Below are positions 18,990-24,660 of a DNA stretch of 24,660 nt, piece by piece. The stretch comes from a virus (lineage: Duplodnaviria > Caudoviricetes): IMG/VR virus record IMGVR_UViG_3300032277_000074, positions 1 to 24,660 of that record, one strand, 5' to 3'. A program made the translations under genes and the position numbers. Under the pieces are notes generated by a model. The model was not told the DNA's origin and made no database searches. It saw only the letters and a program-made list of their open reading frames with translations. Numbering within the stretch: position 1 is the stretch's first letter; each line of letters begins with the position of its first letter.

Positions 18990-19795
18990 CATACAATGAC
19001 GATGTACAACCAGCAGAATTAAATGATATTGTAGAGCTCTTTAAATTAACAATAGGTCAAGATATTTATTTTTACACTTCTTCTAATCAACCTGTTATTT
19101 TTGATAGCAATACTTATTTACCTAAAACTATTGAAAGAACATCTTTTCAAATAAGCGAAAAATTACAAACAAAAAATGTAAAATTAAAAGCAGCGTTAGA
19201 ACCTGAAACACTGTCTTTTCTAGGTGTAGCTGCACCATATGTAGCAACATTACAAATAATTAGAATAGATAAAATAACTCTAAATAGTCAATTTATTTTT
19301 ACTGGTTCTCTAGTGTCTACACAAGTTAAAGACAAAGTGGTTAGTTTAGATTTTAATAGTGATACAATTATAGATAAAAATACTTTCCCGCCTATGACAT
19401 ATCAAAGCACTTGTAATAATAAACTTTTTGATAATACATGTGGCGTTGATTTATCTTTATTTTCAATAGAAGCAGTTATAACAATTTCAGGCAGTGTTAT
19501 AAGTAGTGCCACATTTGCTTTAGAATCTGATGGTTACTATGAAAACGGGCAAGTTTTAGCAACTAATGGAGAAAGACGTTTTGTTGATAAGCATGTTGGA
19601 ACAGATTTAACATTACAAATACCTTTTTCTGCTGCTATTTTAAATGGTTCTACTGTTACAGCTTTTGCTGGTTGTGATAAACTTTTTACCACATGTGATA
19701 CAAAATTTAATAATTTCAGAAATGCAACAAATACAGGTTTTGTTGGTTTCCCGCAAATACCCACTATAAATCCAGTTATAAATGGTATAGAATAA
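18986..19795 (+). CDS. Baseplate hub protein, DUF2163/BR0599 family (gpL / RcGTA g13-like)
   Basis: ELFK...YTS N-terminus, C-x8-C (CNNKLFDNTC) and GCDK..TC..KFNN...F.GFP.IP C-terminal signature; four Cys consistent with an Fe-S site. Confidence 0.88.
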   Translation: MTYNDDVQPAELNDIVELFKLTIGQDIYFYTSSNQPVIFDSNTYLPKTIERTSFQISEKLQTKNVKLKAALEPETLSFLGVAAPYVATLQIIRIDKITLNSQFIFTGSLVSTQVKDKVVSLDFNSDTIIDKNTFPPMTYQSTCNNKLFDNTCGVDLSLFSIEAVITISGSVISSATFALESDGYYENGQVLATNGERRFVDKHVGTDLTLQIPFSAAILNGSTVTAFAGCDKLFTTCDTKFNNFRNATNTGFVGFPQIPTINPVINGIE

Positions 19796-19833
19796 AAGCT
19801 CACTAAAAATTATTTAAGAAGGTGTAAATAATT

Positions 19834-20292
19834 ATGTTTGATGTAAAAAAGTTTGAAAAAATCATAAAAAATTTTAAAGGTGTTCCATATAAGCATCAAG
19901 GAAATTCTAAAACATTGGGTATGGATTGTACAATGTTTATAGGTAATTTTTTGATTGATTATGGTTTGATGAAAAAAATTTTATTTAAAACATATTCTAC
20001 AGAGTGGTATAAATACACAGAAAAAGAATTAATAATAGAATCATGTGAAGAAAATTTAAACAACGCTGGTTTAAAATATGATATAGTTGATAATCCAAAA
20101 GATTATAAATGTGGGGATTTAATAGGTTTGAAACTCATAGAAGGAGTAGATAGAACAACACATTGTGCTATTTATTTTAATGAAAATTACATCTATCATT
20201 GTATTCAAAACGTTGGGGTTAGAAAAAAATATTTCTCTAGTGCTTATAAAAACATTGTTACAAAAATATACAGAATAAAGGGATATAAATAA
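19834..20292 (+). CDS. NlpC/P60 family tail-associated peptidase (gpK / RcGTA g14-like)
   Basis: GVPYKHQG....GMDC (catalytic Cys), GD, HCAIY and YH motifs. Confidence 0.88.
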   Translation: MFDVKKFEKIIKNFKGVPYKHQGNSKTLGMDCTMFIGNFLIDYGLMKKILFKTYSTEWYKYTEKELIIESCEENLNNAGLKYDIVDNPKDYKCGDLIGLKLIEGVDRTTHCAIYFNENYIYHCIQNVGVRKKYFSSAYKNIVTKIYRIKGYK

Positions 20293-22556
20293 TGGGAGTA
20301 GGTGTTTTAATAGGTGTTGGTGTTTCATTAGCAATTGCTGGTATAGGTGTTGGTATAGCATTTTCACAACAACAAAGTTTAGAAAATGACTCTTTGAGCC
20401 CTACAGCAGAAGAAGATTTTCAAGTAACACTAGCTAAAGAAAACACGTCCATTCCTATTATTTATGGCAGAGTTAGACTAAGAATACCTAATATAATTTT
20501 TTGGGGAAATCTAAAAACGGTAGAAATAAAAGCTAAAAAACAAGGTAAAGGTGGTGGTGCTGCTCAAGCTGGTGGTAGTGGTGGTTTTAAATATTTTGCT
20601 GATGTTTGGAAAAGTCTTTGTCATGTTCCAAGTGGTTCTATGGCATTAAATAAATATTATGTAGCAGATAGAGAAGAAACAATAAATGCAAGTAGTATAG
20701 ATTTTAACGATGGTACAGACAATAGTTTTCCAGAAGATGAAGCAGGTGTAAGTTCTAATAGATTACCATTTGTTAGTCATGTTTTTTTTAATCAGTGGTT
20801 TATGGGAGAAAATATACGTCAAATGCCTAATGTTGATGTTGTTTTAACTCGTACTTTACCCACTGACATAAATAACGCTAACATGGCTAATGGTTCTAAC
20901 CCTGCTGCAATAATATATGATATTCTTATTGTTCAAGGTGCTTTACCTAGTGAAATTGATTTATCTAGTTTTAATCAAGCTGCTGATTATTTTTTTTCAA
21001 AAGGTTATGGTTTAAACTTCATTTTTGACAGAAAACAACCAGCGTTAGCTTCAATAAATAAAATTTTATCTCAAGTTGATGGTTCATTAACTTATGATTC
21101 ACAAGCTAGATTTAAATTAAGAGCTTATCAAGATAATGATACATCTGACCACATTTTAGATAAAGATGATTTTGTTGATTTTATAATTGAAAACCCTAGT
21201 TTTCATAAAACTCACAATGTATTTACAGGAACCTATATTGATGAAACTTTAGATTTTACTACAAAAGTAGTTGCTAGAAAAAATGAAGCTAATATCGATA
21301 CTGTTGGTTTTAGACGAAATAAAGAGATAAATCTAAAAGGTTTTAGGGATTTATCAAGCGCTTCAAAGAGATTAGCAGAAATATTAAAAAGAGAAAGTTT
21401 CCCAAGGAAAATAATAAAATTTAAAACTGGTTGGAAATTTTCTAGCATTGTTGTAGGTGATGTAGTATCCATTTCTCATGTTGATTATGGATTTTCTAGT
21501 GTAGAATTTAGAGTAAATAGCGTAGATCAAGCTAAAATAGATGAAGGTGTAATAACTTTTAAAGCTACATTAATGATAGAAACTTTATTTGATGATACTT
21601 TTTTTAATGCTGGTGATTCTACACCATCTACAGTAGACACTACACCAATAGCTTTTAGCAAAGTTAGATATTTTGAATTACCTTTTAATCGCTTAACACT
21701 TGGTAAAGTATCTTTGTTGATGCTAGTATCAAGAGAAAAGCTAATTGAAATTGGTTTTAAACTAATTAGTTCTAATACTCTAACAGGTGATTATTTTGAT
21801 ACAGGTTTTTTTAGAACTTTTTCCTTAAACGCTACTTTAATTAGTACTATTCCAAATTCTAACCATACCTTAGATGATGATACAGAAATTACAATAACAC
21901 CTTATAAAGATGATCCAGAATTTTTAGATTTTGACAATAGGATTGACCTTTTTTCGATACCTCGTTTTGCTATAATAGACGATGAGATAATAGGTTTCCA
22001 ACATGTACAAACAAGTGGTAGCAACTTAGTTTTATCTGGTTTAGTTCGTGGGGTTTTAAACACGCCTATTTCATCACATAGTATTAGTAGCGAGATATGG
22101 CTAACTAGCTTAGAAGATAATATAATAACTAAAGATTTTCCCGATACAGTTTTTTTTCAAATGTTAAGCGTTTTTAATAGTAAAATTTTACCTACACCAA
22201 CTACTATAAAAACTGTCACAATAGAGAAAAAAGCATCAAAACCAGTTAAACCTCAACGTGTTCAAGTTATAAAAGCAGGGAGTACAAATAGTATAACAAT
22301 ATGGCCTATTTCTAATATTTTAAGTGGTGCAGGTGTAAAAAGCGAAGAAGTTACTGATGAATTCCCGCATAAGTTTATAGGTGATTTCTTAGTAGATGAT
22401 GGTACTACAGGTGACGTTGCTTACAATGAAAGCGCTTTTGATTTAACTAAGGCAGGTGCTTTTACTTTAACTGTAAAACATAGAACTAATGGTTTTGTTT
22501 CTGCTGCTGCTACTGTAACAGTAGGTGCTAGTGATGATACTTATTTAGGAGAATAG
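20292..22556 (+). CDS. Central tail tip / host specificity protein (Phage-tail_3, gpJ / RcGTA g15-like)
   Basis: 754 aa; IPIIYGRVR, K.GKGGG, NPAAIIYDIL, GDVV.I, IDDEII, RGVLNT...H motifs. Confidence 0.85.
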   Translation: MGVGVLIGVGVSLAIAGIGVGIAFSQQQSLENDSLSPTAEEDFQVTLAKENTSIPIIYGRVRLRIPNIIFWGNLKTVEIKAKKQGKGGGAAQAGGSGGFKYFADVWKSLCHVPSGSMALNKYYVADREETINASSIDFNDGTDNSFPEDEAGVSSNRLPFVSHVFFNQWFMGENIRQMPNVDVVLTRTLPTDINNANMANGSNPAAIIYDILIVQGALPSEIDLSSFNQAADYFFSKGYGLNFIFDRKQPALASINKILSQVDGSLTYDSQARFKLRAYQDNDTSDHILDKDDFVDFIIENPSFHKTHNVFTGTYIDETLDFTTKVVARKNEANIDTVGFRRNKEINLKGFRDLSSASKRLAEILKRESFPRKIIKFKTGWKFSSIVVGDVVSISHVDYGFSSVEFRVNSVDQAKIDEGVITFKATLMIETLFDDTFFNAGDSTPSTVDTTPIAFSKVRYFELPFNRLTLGKVSLLMLVSREKLIEIGFKLISSNTLTGDYFDTGFFRTFSLNATLISTIPNSNHTLDDDTEITITPYKDDPEFLDFDNRIDLFSIPRFAIIDDEIIGFQHVQTSGSNLVLSGLVRGVLNTPISSHSISSEIWLTSLEDNIITKDFPDTVFFQMLSVFNSKILPTPTTIKTVTIEKKASKPVKPQRVQVIKAGSTNSITIWPISNILSGAGVKSEEVTDEFPHKFIGDFLVDDGTTGDVAYNESAFDLTKAGAFTLTVKHRTNGFVSAAATVTVGASDDTYLGE

Positions 22557-22560
22557 AACG

Positions 22561-23007
22561 TTGACAATTTTAACAAACGGTTATGAAACTGTAGCTTATG
22601 GTGTAGATGGTTGGAGTGCTATAATCAGTGCTAATTGGGAAAAAATAGATTCAAGTGTTGGTAATGTAAATGCTAACGCTAATAATAATTTAGGTGATAC
22701 TGTTATAGCTGCTTCTGCTGTTACTGCTACAGATCCATTATCACAAAATAGCGCGAGTCTTACGAATAATACAACAGGTACGCCAGCAGGTAGTTTAGAA
22801 GATGCTACTGCGACATATAGCCAAAGTATCACAAATGACAACAATGCTAGTATCTTGGATGAAATAAACAAATTGGTTGCTGAAATGGCGCAATCAAGAA
22901 CTCGCGAAACAGAATATAAAACAGCTATTTTAGCATTACAAACAAGCTACAATAATCTACTTATTGCTCTTAGAACCACTACAGGTTGTGGTATTTTATC
23001 AGGTTAG
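22561..23007 (+). CDS. Small tail fibre-like / virion protein with C-terminal coiled coil
   Basis: TTG start behind AGGAGA RBS; W...I.ANW.KID N-terminus typical of fibre anchors; Ala/Thr/Asn rich; ends YNNLLIALR..G.L. Confidence 0.6.
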   Translation: MTILTNGYETVAYGVDGWSAIISANWEKIDSSVGNVNANANNNLGDTVIAASAVTATDPLSQNSASLTNNTTGTPAGSLEDATATYSQSITNDNNASILDEINKLVAEMAQSRTRETEYKTAILALQTSYNNLLIALRTTTGCGILSG

Positions 23008-23063
23008 TATACATACAGTAAACATGATTATTTTTTTTTAAACTGCTACACTCCTTGTTTTTA

Positions 23064-23103
23064 TTGAAAATAATTTTCACCAGGCGAGCAATATTTGTAT
23101 AAT
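23064..23103 (+). promoter_or_regulatory. Putative promoter with overlapping 7-1-7 palindromic operator (Fur-box-like)
   Basis: TGAAAAT-A-ATTTTCA (23065-23079); -35-like TTCACC (23076-23081), 16-bp spacer, TATAAT (23098-23103); AGAAGGT RBS before ATG 23123. Confidence 0.5.
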
Positions 23104-23122
23104 TTATAGAAGGTAATATAAA

Positions 23123-23455
23123 ATGAAACATTTTGTAATAATTTTAATGGTTTTGTTATGCTCTTGTACTGCTTTACAAAAAGAGCAATTCAAAGATAAA
23201 GTTAAGGAGCGAGTACAAAAAAGAGTTAAAAGTGTAAAAAAAGTGGCTAAGGTTTTTGTAAAAGTAGGAAAAGTTGTTTTAAAGGTTAGTAAAAAAACAG
23301 CTATTAAGCTACTAAAACAACGTATAATTGAAAAATATGGTGAAAACCCTAAAGTAAGAGAAGCTTTGCAAGAATACCATATAGAGAAGCAAAAATTAGG
23401 TATTGATAGTGATGATGATGATTCTATTTTATTTGAAGAAGAAGTAAAACAATGA
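23123..23455 (+). CDS. Putative lipoprotein with cationic amphipathic helix
   Basis: Signal peptide MKHFVIILMVLLCS followed by C15 (lipobox LCSC); Lys/Val-rich segment; acidic C-terminus; good RBS. Confidence 0.7.
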   Translation: MKHFVIILMVLLCSCTALQKEQFKDKVKERVQKRVKSVKKVAKVFVKVGKVVLKVSKKTAIKLLKQRIIEKYGENPKVREALQEYHIEKQKLGIDSDDDDSILFEEEVKQ

Positions 23456-24528
23456 CTAAAACATTAAACGGTTTAATAATAGAAGAAACTAAAGCAGCAG
23501 TAATAGCAGGGGCAGGTGCTAAGGGTTTTTCATATTTAGCAATTTTAGAAGCTTATGAAAAATCGGGTTTTATGCCTAAAATGTTTTCATGTGTTAGTGC
23601 TGGTTCTATAATAGGTGCTTTAATTGCAGCAGGTTATGATTCAAAAGAACTAAAAAAAATAATATATAAACGCGAAGATTTTGAAAAGTTTTTTGCTCCA
23701 CACAAACTAGCGTGGTATTACAAAGTAGCAAAATTTATAACAAAATATACAAAAATTGGTAAACTATCTTTATTCCTTAGAATTATTAGAAAATATGATT
23801 CTGTATATTCAAATGTTGAAGTTATGGCGTGGGTAAAGGAATTGCTTTATAATAAATTTGATAAAGATATTACTTTTCAAGAAATGTTCAAAGAGACAGG
23901 GATATTTTTAAATATTGGGGCTATGGATTTTTCACAAATGGAATATCACATGTTTAATTATAGATCTAGTCCTAATTTAACAGTTTATTCTGCTGTAGTT
24001 GCTAGCTTATCTATTCCTTTTGTTTTCCCAAAAATGAAATTAAACGCTGAATATGGTATCATGAAAAAGCACATGTTATCAACAAGAGATTTTTATGATG
24101 GTGGTATTACTTCTAACTGTCCCGCGTGGAGTGTTCAAAATCCAGTTCATCCTAATATTATAGGAGAAATAGAAGCTACAGATTTTGATATATTTCAATG
24201 TGATGATACTACATTGGTAGAAGGTTTTATAGACGAAAAAGAAGAAGAAAGTCAATTAGAAAAAACAATAATAGCTTTAATTAATAAACTAACACCATTA
24301 CCAGATCTAGGGCGTAAGATATTTGGTTGTTATGTTGCAGCATTGAGTAGTGATAGAATTTTAACTTTTTTAGAAGACAAAGTTAACAAAAGAGTGTGTA
24401 ATATACCAGCCAAAGGTAAAGGTATTAGTTTGACAAAATTTGACATGGATAATGATATTAAAGATAAATATTTAACTGCTTCAAGAAAAGTTGTTGATAA
24501 ATATTTTGAAGATAGAGGTTACTTTTAG
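23452..24528 (+). CDS. Patatin-like phospholipase
   Basis: Gly-rich GAGAKG (aa 20-25), nucleophile elbow CVSAG (Ser49), AS.SIP..FP and DGG (Asp216) motifs; ATGA overlap with the lipoprotein gene. Confidence 0.92.
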   Translation: MTKTLNGLIIEETKAAVIAGAGAKGFSYLAILEAYEKSGFMPKMFSCVSAGSIIGALIAAGYDSKELKKIIYKREDFEKFFAPHKLAWYYKVAKFITKYTKIGKLSLFLRIIRKYDSVYSNVEVMAWVKELLYNKFDKDITFQEMFKETGIFLNIGAMDFSQMEYHMFNYRSSPNLTVYSAVVASLSIPFVFPKMKLNAEYGIMKKHMLSTRDFYDGGITSNCPAWSVQNPVHPNIIGEIEATDFDIFQCDDTTLVEGFIDEKEEESQLEKTIIALINKLTPLPDLGRKIFGCYVAALSSDRILTFLEDKVNKRVCNIPAKGKGISLTKFDMDNDIKDKYLTASRKVVDKYFEDRGYF

Positions 24529-24541
24529 AAAAAGTAAGCAA

Positions 24542-24660
24542 AATTAGTTGCTACTAACCTTGAATTTCGTACAACAAATTATTTACAAGAATAGTTGCTA
24601 CTAACAACAAATAATCTACCAGATTAGTTTTAGTTAATTAGTTGCTACTAACCTTGAATT
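24542..24660. repeat. Non-coding repeat array with 47-bp periodicity, truncated by the window end
   Basis: TAGTTGCTACTAAC at 24545, 24592 and 24639; the 25-mer AATTAGTTGCTACTAACCTTGAATT is identical at 24542 and 24636. Confidence 0.9.

Larger units (their letters stand above)
1..24660 (+). mobile_element. Siphovirus (phage or prophage) virion morphogenesis region: lambda-like head plus long non-contractile tail
   Basis: Co-oriented, tightly packed genes in canonical order: terminase, portal, protease, decoration, capsid, connectors, tube, chaperones, tape measure, tip. Many TAATG/ATGA/GTGA stop-start overlaps. No sheath gene. No integrase or host genes visible, so free phage versus prophage cannot be decided. 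Confidence 0.95.

Noticed and set aside
382-22556. Gene transfer agent or tailocin interpretation
   Set aside because: The GTA-like tip genes come with a lambda-type terminase, decorated gpE capsid and 1435-aa tape measure, unlike the compact RcGTA cluster; a full head module excludes a tailocin.
22561-22590. TTGACA at 22561 as a -35 element
   Set aside because: No convincing -10 at 16-18 bp; better explained as the TTG start codon behind an AGGAGA RBS.
904-22871. Other short minus-strand ORFs and the nested + ORF at 16628-16828
   Set aside because: All overlap well-supported + strand structural genes and show no recognisable motifs.
14813-23007. Diversity-generating retroelement, invertible fibre cassette or stop-codon reassignment
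   Set aside because: No reverse transcriptase or invertase, no TR/VR-like duplicate noticed by eye, and TAA, TAG and TGA all end full-length genes under the standard code.
24542-24660. CRISPR array interpretation of the terminal repeats
   Set aside because: Repeat common to all units is only 14 bp, the intervening sequences resemble each other, and no cas genes are visible. Cannot be fully excluded because the array is truncated.

Overview
AT-rich (roughly 30% GC by eye) window holding the complete virion morphogenesis module of a long-tailed dsDNA phage (siphovirus), with all credible genes on the + strand. The packaging/head module is lambda-type: Nu1-like small terminase, gpA-type large terminase, gpW-like adaptor, lambda-family portal, S49 protease/scaffold, gpD-like decoration protein and gpE-like capsid. 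It is followed by connector proteins, a tail tube, tail chaperones with a likely -1 frameshift, a 1435-aa tape measure protein and a D3112/YuA/RcGTA-style tail tip (structural proteins, DUF2163/BR0599 hub, NlpC/P60, large central tip protein). No recognisable holin, endolysin or canonical spanin is present. Instead the tail module is followed by a two-gene cassette, probably with its own promoter overlapped by a Fur-box-like palindrome, encoding a lipoprotein with a strongly cationic amphipathic helix and a patatin-like phospholipase. This cassette is the best candidate for an undescribed system (non-canonical lysis or membrane attack). The window starts with a hairpin, a perfect sigma70 promoter and an attenuator-like leader, and ends inside a 47-bp-periodic palindromic repeat array. 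Family assignments come from motifs and gene order only; no searches were run.
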